Virus record (IMG/VR): IMGVR_UViG_3300044530_000662
Location: 1 to 64,000 of that record
DNA from: a virus
DNA length: 64,000 nucleotides
Strand: one strand, 5' to 3'
Shown here piece by piece: positions 31,201-41,100 of the stretch. Every line of letters starts with the position of its first letter. Positions within the stretch are counted from its first letter, which is position 1. The notes beneath the pieces are model-generated. The model was not told the DNA's origin. It did not search any database and saw only the letters and a list, made by a program, of their open reading frames with translations. The position numbers and the translations under genes were made by a program.

Positions 31201-34200
31201 CTCTTTCTTTAATACCAAATCTATCTGTTGGTGTAGTACCATCAGGATTAACTTTAAACAAACTTTTGATAAGATAATTAGTTTCTTTACTCATCATTTG
31301 CTGTAAAGACAATGTTCCTGTCTTAGGTTCAAATGCACCTGTGTCAGATTCAGTTTCATCTACAACATCACCATCCTGGTCAATCTCTTGTTTTGATTGG
31401 TTCTGTACTTCTATGTCAAATTTGTCTTTACCAATTTCATAGTCAGTATTTTCCATATGGTATTTTATAATACCATGTTTTTCATCACCCCAGTTAGCTA
31501 TTGTGTTTTGTAGAATTCTTATGTTATCTCTAACTAATTGTTGTTTCTCATCAACAAGAATATTCTTAGCATCTTTATTTTGTATAAGTTCAGTATATAC
31601 ATCAGCTTTACCTACTTTATAGTTCTCAAACTGTAATGGAGCATCTTCTAATTTAGATATGATAACAATATCAACAGGTCTTTCATCTTTAGTAATTTCT
31701 TTATGCTTGTAGAAATCACCAAGTATTTTAATACTGTCTTTATAGTCTTCTCCTCTTACTCTTTCACCACGTTTTAAAGATGGGTTTAGTTTACTAAAGT
31801 CATCTACCTGAGATGCTAAGAAGAAGTACTTGTCTTCTCCTTTTTTATTCTTCATTACAGCTACTGCATTATCAGAAATTTCTTTTAATGTAGTATATGT
31901 ATTAAAGTCTTTTTGACCTTCAACTTTTTCTAACTTATCTTTTTCTTGTTTAAGTATTTCTTGAAGTCTATTTTTTGTTTCACCATATAACCAAGTTCTT
32001 TTAGCTGGTTCAGTAAGCATTAATACACTTGCTGACTTAAGACCTTTTGTATGTAATTTTTTTTCAATATACTCAGGAGTTACTTTGTCTCCTGCTTTAA
32101 GACCTTCTTCAGCAATTTGTTTTCTTGTTTCAACAACTCTAGTATCATAGATATCATCAATTATTTCAGCCCAGATACCATCTATAGTATTAACCATTTG
32201 ACTACTATCTTGAGGACTTAAGGCATCTTCTTTTGTATTAACTACTTGTCTTGCTCCTCTATCTAATTCATATAACAAAGCATTATCAATACTAGCTTGG
32301 TAGCTGTTAAATCTACCAAGATATAAATTATCAAATAGCTCTTTAGCCATTGGAGAATTCATACTATCTATCTGAATATTTTGTTTCTTAAATTTATTAA
32401 GGTATTTGCCAAATAGTTGTTTTAAGAAGTTTAATATTCTTCTGAATATAGTATTTCTTTTTGGAGCATTTTGTTTTGCTTTACCAGTCTTAACATAATT
32501 TCTAAAGTCTTCAGCTAACATTTCTTCAAGTTGTCTAAAACTTTTATTAGCATGCGGTTGATTACCTTTAGCATCAGTATAATTCTGAAGTTCCGTGTAT
32601 AGCTCAATCTTTTGTTCCTTAGTTAAAAACAACTGAGAGAAAACATGCCACGCTTCATGGTATGCTGTAAGATTTTGGTAAAATGAACCGTTAGCCTTAT
32701 TCACTTTAATAGAACCCATTTTCTCATTTGTATCAGCTAAGACTGCACCGTTAACTATAAATGTGGCAAACACATCTGAGTTAACAATATTAGCTACATG
32801 CTCTAATGATATAAGGTCTCTTAAAGGTTTAAGCTCTTTACTGTTCCACCACTTTTTAGCTTGAAGTATTTTAACAGGATTTATAAAATCTTTACTATAA
32901 CCTTTTCTGTCAAATGAACCTGGTATAGAGTTTAAGTCTATCTTACCATTTGATTTAAATATCTCACTAACTGCAGAATTAGTACTTTCAGGAGCAGGTG
33001 CTTCAGGTTCAGTTAAGATTTGTACTATTTCTTCTTTCTTACTTTTAGGTGAAGGATTATGGTCTTTTGCATATGCTATTCTATCATAATACTCATCCTC
33101 TCTTTTTTGTGCTAGTCTTTCAGCTAAACTTCCCGCTGCATCTAATCTATTGTCATCATTACGGGATAAAGATAATTCTCTTTGTATACTAGCTGCATCA
33201 GATAAATCTATGTCACTTCTTCTTTCAATTGAAGGTGAGTCACCTTTTTTAATTATTTGACCTAGTGTACTTTCTGGCGTGGTGTAACTAACTGAATAGT
33301 TATAAAAACCAGGGTCTGCATTTATTATTTTTACTTCAATAGGAAGAGTACTTAAAAACTCAGTGTATGATTTATCAATAAATCTTGTACCATCTTCAGA
33401 TAATCTTTGATATGTTTTACCAAGCTTATCACTATCATATGACATGAACACAGCATTAGTCTGACCTTCTTTATTGTTTCTGTAACCACCATTCATTAAA
33501 ACATTAACAATTCTTTCTTTAATGCTTTTAATTTGTTCTGCTGATAGTTTTTTTAAATTAGTATCAGTTAATAAGTCTCCTTTTTCATTTACCGGATTCT
33601 TAAATTTAAAGTCTTTGTACTCATTAAAATATAAATACTTAAGGTCTTTATCAAAATTAAACTTATATTTTTTAGTAGTGCCTTCAGTATCTAATGAAGC
33701 TGGTAAGAATTGATCAACAAAAACTTTTTTAGCAGCTAATGGGATATTAGCATTAGTTAAAACTGAAGCTACTTCATCAGCAACATCTTTTGTAATTCTT
33801 GGTCTATCTAATGCAAACTTACTACCATTAATTATTATTGATGCTTCACCCTTTCTTAGTGTAGCTGTAGCTCTTGGAGCTGTCCTAATAGTTCTATATA
33901 CATCAGTAGTAATACCGGGAAATTTAGTAAGCTCATTCAAAAGAATATTTGTTGAACTTAAATTAGAAGGTACACCTGTAGTAATACCTGTAACTGGTAA
34001 TAGTTCTGCTTCATTCTTTAATGCTTTTTGTTGTAAGTCATACAACTCTTTCATTTGCTTTTGTTGCTCTGCTACAACTAAATCAAAGTATTCTCTCTTT
34101 GTTCCATCTATTTCTGGATTGTAAGTCATTTTTGCAAACTCTTCTGGAGAAAGAACTTGGTCTTCTTTATTATAGATATCTTTTACTGTATACTTACTTC

Positions 34201-35137
34201 CGTCTTTTCTTACAGTTCTCATGAACTGGTATACTAACTTTCCTTTTTCACTATCAGTTAACTTACCTTCATTATCTACATAGATATTACTACCAAATTC
34301 ATCAGTAAGAATAAGAATTACTCTTTGATCAACTTGTGCAATGTTTGGATTTACATTTTCTTTTTTGGTCTTTCCTGTTTTTATATTATCTCTTATAGTT
34401 CTAGAAGCAGCTATTTCAGTTCTAGTTTCTTTATCAAGCATGTCTAGGTTTTTACCTCTAGCAAAAAGATCTAAATTTTCAGCACGGAACATTAACTTTT
34501 TACCTTCATAAATAACACCATCAGTAGTATCACTCATGGCTTGTATTTGTTTTATGTTTTCAAAAGTCTTTATGATAGCAGCTTTTTCTGGATTAATTTC
34601 TTCAATTACTATAGAACCATCAGATTTCTTATTAGGATTAATCTTAATGTAGTTTTGAAGGGTGCCTCCCCAAGGACTTAGTGTTTTAAATCTATTTGAT
34701 TCAATAACAGTTACTGGTTCTTCAGGTATTGGAATTTGATTAAGCTGTAACTTATTAGCTTCATTAGCTTCATTTTCAATTTTATTTGGTACAGGATCTG
34801 GTTTTACTGAGTATTTATCAATTACAGCTTTGATACCTTCATCTGATTTAAACTGAGCATTTAATTTTCTAAGAGATTTTTCATCTAGAGCCCCAACAAA
34901 ATCAAGATTTAGTAAAGCTTTTTTGTTAGACAAATTAGAAACAATAGCAGGAATCTGTTGAACAAATTTAGCTGCAGTATCAGTATCTTCTTTACTTGAA
35001 ATTTTATTAAACAAATCTTTCATGAAAGCATCAGCATCAAACTCAGTACCTGAGTCTAGTGCATCTTTCATTCTTTTATAAGTTAGTTTAAATAATTTTG
35101 CAATCTGGTCATCAGACAAGGCACATGTTATACTCAT
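22232..35137 (-). CDS. Giant virion RNA polymerase polyprotein (crAss-like), 4301 aa
   Basis: RIP...AGSDFDGDK catalytic loop (~27675-27698), KRIPGSTSDG, KLHYFG...HKFAVIPL; HEAWH zincin; extra C-terminal enzyme domains. Confidence 0.9.
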   Translation of the reverse strand: MSITCALSDDQIAKLFKLTYKRMKDALDSGTEFDADAFMKDLFNKISSKEDTDTAAKFVQQIPAIVSNLSNKKALLNLDFVGALDEKSLRKLNAQFKSDEGIKAVIDKYSVKPDPVPNKIENEANEANKLQLNQIPIPEEPVTVIESNRFKTLSPWGGTLQNYIKINPNKKSDGSIVIEEINPEKAAIIKTFENIKQIQAMSDTTDGVIYEGKKLMFRAENLDLFARGKNLDMLDKETRTEIAASRTIRDNIKTGKTKKENVNPNIAQVDQRVILILTDEFGSNIYVDNEGKLTDSEKGKLVYQFMRTVRKDGSKYTVKDIYNKEDQVLSPEEFAKMTYNPEIDGTKREYFDLVVAEQQKQMKELYDLQQKALKNEAELLPVTGITTGVPSNLSSTNILLNELTKFPGITTDVYRTIRTAPRATATLRKGEASIIINGSKFALDRPRITKDVADEVASVLTNANIPLAAKKVFVDQFLPASLDTEGTTKKYKFNFDKDLKYLYFNEYKDFKFKNPVNEKGDLLTDTNLKKLSAEQIKSIKERIVNVLMNGGYRNNKEGQTNAVFMSYDSDKLGKTYQRLSEDGTRFIDKSYTEFLSTLPIEVKIINADPGFYNYSVSYTTPESTLGQIIKKGDSPSIERRSDIDLSDAASIQRELSLSRNDDNRLDAAGSLAERLAQKREDEYYDRIAYAKDHNPSPKSKKEEIVQILTEPEAPAPESTNSAVSEIFKSNGKIDLNSIPGSFDRKGYSKDFINPVKILQAKKWWNSKELKPLRDLISLEHVANIVNSDVFATFIVNGAVLADTNEKMGSIKVNKANGSFYQNLTAYHEAWHVFSQLFLTKEQKIELYTELQNYTDAKGNQPHANKSFRQLEEMLAEDFRNYVKTGKAKQNAPKRNTIFRRILNFLKQLFGKYLNKFKKQNIQIDSMNSPMAKELFDNLYLGRFNSYQASIDNALLYELDRGARQVVNTKEDALSPQDSSQMVNTIDGIWAEIIDDIYDTRVVETRKQIAEEGLKAGDKVTPEYIEKKLHTKGLKSASVLMLTEPAKRTWLYGETKNRLQEILKQEKDKLEKVEGQKDFNTYTTLKEISDNAVAVMKNKKGEDKYFFLASQVDDFSKLNPSLKRGERVRGEDYKDSIKILGDFYKHKEITKDERPVDIVIISKLEDAPLQFENYKVGKADVYTELIQNKDAKNILVDEKQQLVRDNIRILQNTIANWGDEKHGIIKYHMENTDYEIGKDKFDIEVQNQSKQEIDQDGDVVDETESDTGAFEPKTGTLSLQQMMSKETNYLIKSLFKVNPDGTTPTDRFGIKERADFAKVFTILAKTIGGERDRYKAYEKLGQEAEKFPELKQLYEKKYPDPSNIKNTHEIDVSLRFWQDFGKFRVKYMQLFAFNDADSRTIDFRVKESSIAIDNTLNRWMALFKSTQANSYINKSKDNVSTLNLANLVKDFSTKGELAEKDALDFARAMAIDLDNNDNIKKELVANFDYYGLPYIFDIVKGFNEINNLKEGDPALTADKVKYLDMFKKNPIDVLKNIVPVGVLSNLKGSVKELTQLKRLAELQSKYGFDSATTGVIRANGNTGYQEMNWSSAASYVYALNEVDEMNQLWTDPRFSYMSYLNPAINPHTLQLNIIKSLFGADGKKIEGKSVLLMAVDGTSMSNKKTIKKNGRDVEVEEAEGNTTTELDPQSKFLQELHTMLLGGVAEFPRHSEKKFSYGIKVIGGVEGSSVGFYKKGDDKNLYVDMDKFMTTDSKGRSEGEIYAIGNNFFPYIQGEFDRIKKFRGANKEEYLKVTGYNKLVNDGNGNDVPAGSIFSAFDSVLRQETKDELYKLADEQVDVPLIDYLRGKPLRKMITDDIIDYFNEKTGEIDNLYFQKMPFLSKSIFEKLGYKAESLDNNTLNNLKKDKTLTEKILKAYLYNDFIHKYETSMLVYGDHAQWGHDKEDWTKRIPGSTSDGVGFNFDEGISDFINTNYNNVTYASLNMPEISEENKFMYGETLNTAVIKDAVRDSLYLDDMVKAWKKEYAGTYDSKTIDELIKKDIKPFMGMKEGDGMAYMTFDAYRTLHKTGRGWTLAQENLYQRIIKGEKISPKTVKDYFPVYKLHYFGALENNLLPVRAMHKFAVIPLIPGVNAQEGSELDTLHKKMLRENIQYVAFDSCSKGANLTTNGKIDNIFANKDEKAIKEDTAFTVNPIYMANLKEVTVINEHFKGSLPIATQTRGILLDNLYSEGGLINEKNKPVLDEYLSAVKDYSEILKEELLSEIGFELVDGRYIGNLTQFIEVIRDELKNRDTPDHLIRLLNTDNDNQLAMDLSLHPEADTVEKLIMSFLQNGLIKQKTNGEPLVQTPSTFTNGIWDSQYSTLTNPKEIKEWLGTNTLPFYGYNENGRSTEMKVAVALQGEFVKLLNGKHTDGEKISTIDRLNEVIKDPKWLKDNKDAVTMFGPRIPNDATNTIEAATVWHFLPEAFGNSIIVPTEIVAKAGSDFDGDKLFMTFPNLDRDGKVISKGVDKFESLLKETQALEKANKSIKGRPSSRALLAEQKKYLQNRFKNAAVEILMLPENYAYLTKPNGTYLVDKYVPELEENKKGYNRYTNTHGQAPKLSAADENGKRKTVISPTRVLEATYNLYKHDANLSLEASLGIMAKLTKSHPIYKSVGAKMPATYKASSFIEALNKTVETGYELPVVMRFTHNKIKNAKGKEVISLSGERTQRGSRISDVSSHALQGILDRAKESFPFELKLVPEAMDVFSYMLQAGVDEEQIFFFLNQPLIAEYFEKQKLKESAYSKIVGGQEKGGVANNIINKVLKNFSKDSLDIIYDRINVAKLRYVLNDLKAKGEDTKYYYKVKKVSGVTETTLEDLIKKLNNGGLAAQNIERISWDPSLNQDSTVYSYSTLINSVENFAFTTEVLSKEFLPKGDVSTTTLKDGVKDDKTMKALTLFMNYLELERQFKGMNDLQQTFSPDTGKLTTVQQVIKRMEAYDALRKSKSIDQEFLEKLINKSVLSSFNQDQLIKDLTEPLFNLRLNPEITKYISDAFVDQSKASQIRNNPTFGKGINGQERFSTLFNNGVINFILQNYTSNFANEKGELVNIPDTYTDNRPVLIVDDLDTDAGVFEEGIAINTLRIETDYANKAYLESSTSENNYGARGLDTFKLKDDPFQTLASYYRYVIARESIRVNNPIESLEDNSDFLKRVVNMGNASDAYESYISERALAGSYNNKYIMGKTKYSYSDSLLNLINEFGDTLKINYPITAQLTPGTNTDGAKVLTLNNQKEAQGELASVYYNNLRNLSDPSITKVQNKNKTAEENASDNKRISEMFDLFSLAMFYQNGIGKTRLGFVKALDPIKYKNIISNASKAFTANYLNKETLDSIFNTVVSMDKFKNYLVSPKGYIHTELATLEASKPANDGTLETFDDDEGEDQVLVRLINQEDVDLFNAYVKKSGGKRPERFFTSKTLFPAFYNTSTGKRSGMPQSAIWIKNKYDNYDMIDQESGEVYYENANLSTGMYVAPKVEGEQKSTGPVSQSNKPKGQQVKEGIYVNQGALTKEEQLELFNYLKPYLEEQANKSLKSSEGSKMIGLGLRWDYTNNNPGRASVNIPDPIKRNPKYGYYNQSVNGQSLGQITPRFRELMQKATGVDMTNYDGAIINLYEKDTFISSHNDVDESKSAIKYPVIGINIGGKGNFSIERLGPENAMLNLEAGSGYIFGVDGINREVWHRTFPTPQDSFLPELTTKIDGKTYPEGSYRITITMRRVMPLTAGMPQAPSIVTETTTPTPAPTGVASGYTNYSGAATGGDTVWAEVGKEYGLGKQVDYTPQTLQKLSQDQVQEVETAYQKAVKDLGRNPLPYDWNDPNKKVDGKSIYYNGGLVRRDYLQAKAADAVFAIGNVLTPGDKNKKGYAVKSKTDSVDGGTGYAVQMAINLGKPVYVFDQTYEKWFAWEDGKFRISDVPTLTTKFAGIGTREINEAGKQAIRDVYENTFKAPSQPSTQPAIVKIEPTDKIIWGHPTIGKSFLKKNQDNRFISLDDDYASEINTKVKEIADKYNVTTYQVKDGGDQQWNTEYNKMMQNLFDKVKAVALSENKILFTSNTNLLKNNADVFDKVINLTNEEFQKRISERGAKYDTVTWKKQIEDAVSKIPSNKVIVTDRYLSDLLPSTQPTKAPVSPAPIDSIEYDMKVYAWLVHEMSGVQPKDFSSGTEGIRMYKLNKFGNYDLVDRTTGEIYVRNINMETGKQETEPGLDSPVDPEVIAKALDRLITLRATTNIEEQLATKGYDINDIINNLAEAKTQEDYNKITKILDKLC
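22667..23186. repeat. Exact 16-bp direct repeat flanking the kinase domain
   Basis: AGGTTGAGTAGATGGT at 22667-22682 and 23171-23186, 504 bp (168 codons) apart; encodes PSTQP on the minus strand. Confidence 0.9.
22685..23160 (-). other. P-loop nucleotide-kinase-like domain within the vRNAP polyprotein
   Basis: IIWGHPTIGKS P-loop, FISLDD, KILFTSN, FQKRISERG lid-like motif. Confidence 0.65.
23200..23796 (-). other. SLOG (YpsA/DprA-like) domain within the vRNAP polyprotein
   Basis: YSGAATGGDTVWA, RRDYLQAKAADAVFAIG, GGTGYAVQMAINLGKPVYVFDQ, KFAGIGTREI. Confidence 0.7.
23870..24550 (-). other. AlkB-like 2OG-Fe(II) dioxygenase domain within the vRNAP polyprotein
   Basis: YDGAIINLY, ISSHND (HxD), VWHRT (distal His), YRITITMRRV (RxxxxxR). 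Confidence 0.85.
27600..29450 (-). other. RNA polymerase catalytic core (two-barrel type)
   Basis: DFDGD metal-binding motif plus upstream conserved blocks; boundaries approximate. Confidence 0.8.
32380..32830 (-). other. Zincin-like metallopeptidase domain within the vRNAP polyprotein
   Basis: TAYHEAWHVF followed by EEMLAEDF and IFRRILNFLKQLFG. Confidence 0.8.
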
Positions 35138-35139
35138 GA

Positions 35140-38100
35140 TTATTTACAGGTTAAGTCTTTTAATAAATCATCCTCAGCAGCTTCTGAAGATTTAATTTTA
35201 TCGGCTTCAGCCATTAGTACATCAGTTTTATCTGCACTTTCTAATAAGGCATCTACACTATCTTCAGTTTGATTTACAAACTCTTGTTCTTCTTTAGTGA
35301 TTGGAGCTGTTTCAGGAGCTATTTCAGACCCTAATAAATCTGATTCAGTCTTGTAGTTTTTATTTAAATCATCCATAGTAACAGTAAGTTCATTTCCTTC
35401 ACTATCTTTAAGAGTAACCGTGTTATTTTTATTAATAGTTTGGACAGTAAATTTATCATTTTTTGAGTAAAGAGTCATACCTTTTTTGACAATAATTTTA
35501 TCTAATTGTTCTTCAGCATCAAATTCTTCAAGCTCTCCTTCAGTTACTTCTTGTTCAGGTATAAATTGTTCTTCTACATAACCTGTTGTGATTACTATAG
35601 CTTCACTTATACTATTAAGATCATTTATTTTATCCTGAATAGTTTTCTTAACATTATCATTTTTAGTTTTTTCTAATGTTCTTTCTAATGCATAAACTTC
35701 ATTCTCAATAATATCCAGTGCACGTTTAATATTACCTGCAGTTATTTCTTCTTGGGCTGTGTTTAAAGCAGTTGTGATAGCAGTATTTGATTGATTAACT
35801 TTTGTGCTAAACATCAAGTTAAAAATATCATTTTGATAATCTTTAAACTTCTTAGCTTCTGCAGTAGTATCACTCATGGCAGATAAATACTGAATTCTTT
35901 TTACAGCTTTATGTATTAATAAAGAGACATCACTTGTGTTATAGTTTTCTTCTACAATAGCTTGATATTCATCATCAGTTATGATACCTGATAGATGTAA
36001 TGTATCTGCTGCTATTAACTGACCCATTGTAGGTTTATATGATTTACCCTCAAACATTTCTTCATGTGTAGCAAATCTTTGAGCAAATGCTTTATCTTTT
36101 TTAAGTTGTTCTTGTATAAAAGCACTATCAGGACTAAGATCTATTTCATCAAAAGATATATCTGATTTAGTTTGAGCAAGTCTAGTTACTAATTTATCTA
36201 CATCATTTTTACTTTTTGTAGCAAGATTAGTATATTTAGTTACTATTTTATCAATTAAATTTTTACCTACAACTTTACCCAATGCTAATTGTTTTTCTTT
36301 CAGTAACTCTTTTAAAGCTTCTGGTACAGCAAGATTATTTACTTCTGCAAACTCATTGATTTTGTTTTCTATTTTTACTAATTCATTTTTGTTTTCATCA
36401 GTATCAGCATCTGTAATAGCTTGTAAATCAGTAGTGTAAGAATCAAATTCTTTTTTAGCTTTGTCTTTAAGACCTGGCATAAACTTAACAGTAGATGGCG
36501 GGAATAATATATCTAGTCTATCCTGTACAGAATTTCTATACAATGGAATAAACCATTCAGATGATTTTTCATTTGTTGGGTTCATTACTAATTCACCAAA
36601 CTCATTTCTTTTATAAGTACCATCTTCATTTTTAACAAACTCAATTTTATTGTAAACTCCTGGAGCAGACATGTTAGGCTGACCTGCAGATACCATTTGG
36701 TTTGTTTCTTTATTAGATGCTCTCTCTATAGGTAGTAAAGCTATACCAGCTACCGGATAATCAATCATTCTCTCAAGCATAGTTGCATATCCACCTTGTT
36801 GTAGTGTATACTCTTCTCTTTTAGTATAATTTAATTTCTTAGGATCCTTACTGTTCTTATTAAAGTTTTGCCATTTTCTTTGTTCACCAGACTTGATATC
36901 CACTATCATGATACCATTCTTAGTAGCAAGAAGTAAATCTATCTCTCCGGCAATTCTATCTTTTTTACCATCAGGTCTTGTAATATTAGAATCATAAACT
37001 ACTAAGTCTCTACCAATAAGATAGAACTCACCTGAATCAACTTTTTGTTTTAATTTAGTTAAGTAACCATTTAAACCAAACATGTCTTCATAAGCTTCTT
37101 GTGATAACTTAGCTGGATCAAACTTAGGTTTAACACCAGACTCTAAATAATCTTTAGCATCATCCACATAGTTACCAGCATCTCTACTGTCTTGATATGT
37201 TTCTTCCATGAAAGTATTCATGATAATATCAAATGTAGTATTGTTACTTAAAGCTTCATTTGTAATCTCTGCAGTAGGTTGTTTTGAAGAAGCTAGTTCT
37301 GCATCATATTCAATAGTAATAAAAGTAGAATCATCTGTTTTATTTTCTTTTTGAAACTTAGCAAAATCTAATTTTTTACCAAAGTCAGAGTTAATAAAAT
37401 CTTGAATAGCTTTATCTGTTTCTATAAAATCCGTTGCTAAAACTAAAGTTTCTCCTTCATTGAGAGTTATTGTAAAGTTATCTGTTTTAGGAGTACTACT
37501 AAAAGGTTTGCCATCTTTAATAGAAAACATATAACCACTTGTTGTAGCAACATCAGATAACCCATGTTGTTTTATTACTTTCCCATTTTTATCTACAACA
37601 AAAAATACTGTATCTCCTACTTTTTCTATTTTATAAGTATTTTTATTAATTTTTTCTGCTTTTAATGCAGTAGCTCCTGACCTAAATCCTTTTTTAATAC
37701 TTAAATCACCCTTTGTTTTAAAAGCAGTTAACATAGGTGTTATAAAAATAGAATTAGGTTCTGAAAAACCTTTAGATATTAAAAATTTAACACCATCTTC
37801 AGATGATATATTTGGATTTTTTAAATACTCTTCATAAACTAAATCAGTTAGTGTTTTTTCTTCTTTCCCCAATAACTTATTAATAACAACTTTAGAAGCT
37901 TGTGCTGGAGATAAGGTAATCATACCTTCCCCTCCCATACCATCAGCTAAAATAAAAATACCATTTTGTGTATCTACATAAACAGCATCCTCATTACCAT
38001 CAGTTTGTCCTTGCTTATTAGCAGTACCAAAAGTTACATTTCCAACTGTTTGAATATTAGGTTCATTTGTTTGTATTATATCAGCTTTAGTATCTGTAGT

Positions 38101-41100
38101 AGTAGTTGTTGTTGAAGGCAAACCTTTGATTTCTTTTTCAATTTGTGCTAACTCATTGAATATACTATTCTTCTGTTCAACTAATTGGTTTACTCTATTT
38201 TCATTACCAGCTTTTTCAGCCTTGATAATATCTTTATCTTTATTAGCTATTTGTGTTAATAACTTATCTTTCTGTTTCTCAAGTTTAATTTGAGCAGGAG
38301 ACATGCCAGAAAGATTTCTTAACTGAGTTTTTAAGTTCTTTAAAAAATCTTTATTAGTTCCAGGTAATTTATCAATGGCTAATAAACCATTTAAGCTGTC
38401 AATAAAGTCATTGATTGAATCTTCATTTAATCCTTTTTTAGCAATAGAATTATTAAATGCAGTTTCTACACCTTGTTTAGCAGCATATTCATATTTTTTA
38501 GGAAGAACCTCTTGTATAGCATTGGTCATCCTTCTATGGATTAAACCATTAACTCTATATGCTATCTCTCCTTTTTTAAGACCTGTTACAGAATCATCTT
38601 CAGTAAGCAAATACTTTTCTTCTACACCTTTCTGAGCAGTTAAAAGCTTTTGTATTTTTTTTACACCTTCTCTTACTTCTTCTGAGAATCCAGAATACTG
38701 TCTTCTTTGAATAATAGTATTAATATTCTTTAAGTCAGTCTCTAAATCTCTTAGTTCTTTTGTATTATCTACAGTCTCCTCATCCTCAAACTCATCATTA
38801 ACTTTAAGATTATTATCTAAAAGCTCAATCTTAGCATTGATAGCATCTCTGTATTTAATTAACTCAGGTAATGATAAATCTTTAGTGTTAATATCCGTGC
38901 CTTCATAAGTGAATGTTATATCACTTTTAGATACAGCAGGTTTATTGGCTTTGTTGTACTTGTCAAAGTATTTTTTATTCTCTGCAAGTCTATACCATTT
39001 TTCAAACTCAGCATCAGCAATGTTATCATCTCCATATATAGAATCCTGAACTTCTTGAGGTAAAGTAACTACGTACTTATCATAGAACTCATTGTATAAC
39101 ATTTGTTTAAATTCTACTAAGTCAGCCGTGTCTAAGTTAGAATCTTGTGTTATTTCTTCATAAGGTACTTCATCATCAATTGCTTTCATGTCTGCATTAT
39201 ATGCTTCCATTACCTCTGCAATTTTAACCTCATACCTATCCTTAATCTTTTTCACTTCAGACTCATCAGGTTTCTCTTCTAGTTTAAACCTTTTTGCCTC
39301 AGTAAATCTGGTTTTAATTTCACTAAGAATTACTGAAGCACCTTCAGCATTATCATATAGTAATTCACCATCTGTATTCTTGTAAAATACCATAGGTGCA
39401 ATAGCATCTTTGTCATTTACTTCTACATACTGATCATTCTCAAGTTGCTCATTGATTTCTTGTATGGTAACTGATTTGTTCCCACCTTTTCTTTTAATAT
39501 CATCAAGTTCAACTCTAGTAGGTGTAGTTGGTAATGCATCAATCTCTTCTTGCATTTTTCTATTTAACTCATCAATTTGTTCCTGATAAGTCTTTTTAAC
39601 TACTCCTGTTTTCTTTGGATTCATTTGAGCTTTTAACTGAGCTCTTTTCTCAAAGTATTCAGCATAGATTTTCTTATACTCTTCACTTCCTGCAGGATAT
39701 ACTTTTTTTGCTTTACCATCATAGATTTCAGATGGTGGAATATTCTTGTCTCCAAGATAATTCTCCATGTCTGTTTTGTTTAGATAAATTTGATTATCAG
39801 CTAGGGTATTCAAGAAAGCATTATCTCTTACCTTACCCATCTCAGAGTGAATAAGATCTTCAAAGTACTTTACTCTCTGAGCATTAAACTTTCTCATCCA
39901 TTCAACATTCTTTTGGACTACATCCATAAATGCTGCGGGATCATTAAACATGTCTATGTACTCAGCAAGAGCTCTTGACTCATGACCTAATTTATAGTAA
40001 TCAATAAGTGCTTCAAATCCTTCATCTGTATGTTCATCAAAGATTCTATCATCATTACTTTGAGCAACACCTTTTAGATAGTTATTATGTGCTTCTTTAA
40101 GTTTTTTAATATTCTCTACTTTAAGGTCTTCATTATCTAATGAACCTAGTATATCATCTAGCTTATCTGAAATTTCTTCAGCAGTAGGTTCTTTACCTGT
40201 TTCTTTTTGAAGCATCTCTTTAACACTCTTAGCATACTCAGCTCTATTAAAAAACTTATCAAAAGCTGTATGAGCTTCAGAATAGTTCTTTAGTAAATTA
40301 ATTTTGTTTTCTAATGCATTTACTTTAACACCTCTGTTCTCACCTTCTTTTTCTGTAGCCAATTCTCTCTCAAGCATTTTAACTTCATCAGAGATTCTTT
40401 CAGGTTGAAACAATAAAAGTTTATCAGTAGTGTTTAAACTTTTAAAGTTTTCATTGTTGTTATACTTGTTTTGAATTGCAGCTCTTCTACTTTTAGTATC
40501 ATCATAGTTTTCATGGAAGAAAGCCATATTTTCAATACCTCTATTCCAAGCTTTGTATAAGGTTAATTTAGCTTCATATTCAGGAGTTCCTTCTTCACCT
40601 AAGTTATTTAGATTTACAGGATTAGGATATTTTCTTTCAGCAGTATTAAAAATATTATTTACTCTTTCTATTCTTGCAATACCAGAATCAATTCTTCCTC
40701 TATATTTATCTACTTGGTCTTCTGAAATTTTTAATGCTTCAGCAAACTCTTTGTCATCCATTTCTTTGAAAGACTTCATTGTATCCATGAATAAACCAGA
40801 TGTTCCGGTTCTTCTCATAGTACCTACATGATTTATATATGCTTCTGTCTCAGCATCTAATCCTTCTTTTTTACTTGCTTTATCTCTAATCTTACTGATC
40901 ATATCCTGAGCACCAAGATTTAAAACTTTGTCAGACATGAAATCTTTCATGCTCACAGAGTTTAATTCATTTTTAAGATTCTCAGCAACAGACATCTGTG
41001 CTTCTTTCCATTTAGTAAAACCTTTTTTATCAAAAGTTCTATTCCAAGTAGAACTTAAAAATGGAATAGCACTATTTATTGGAGATGCCAAGGCACCCAT

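Noticed and set aside
14269-35137. Inteins or group I/II introns in PolB or the vRNAP
   Set aside because: PolB motifs are normally spaced; the vRNAP insertions are enzyme domains without intein splice motifs or LAGLIDADG/HNH signatures that I could see
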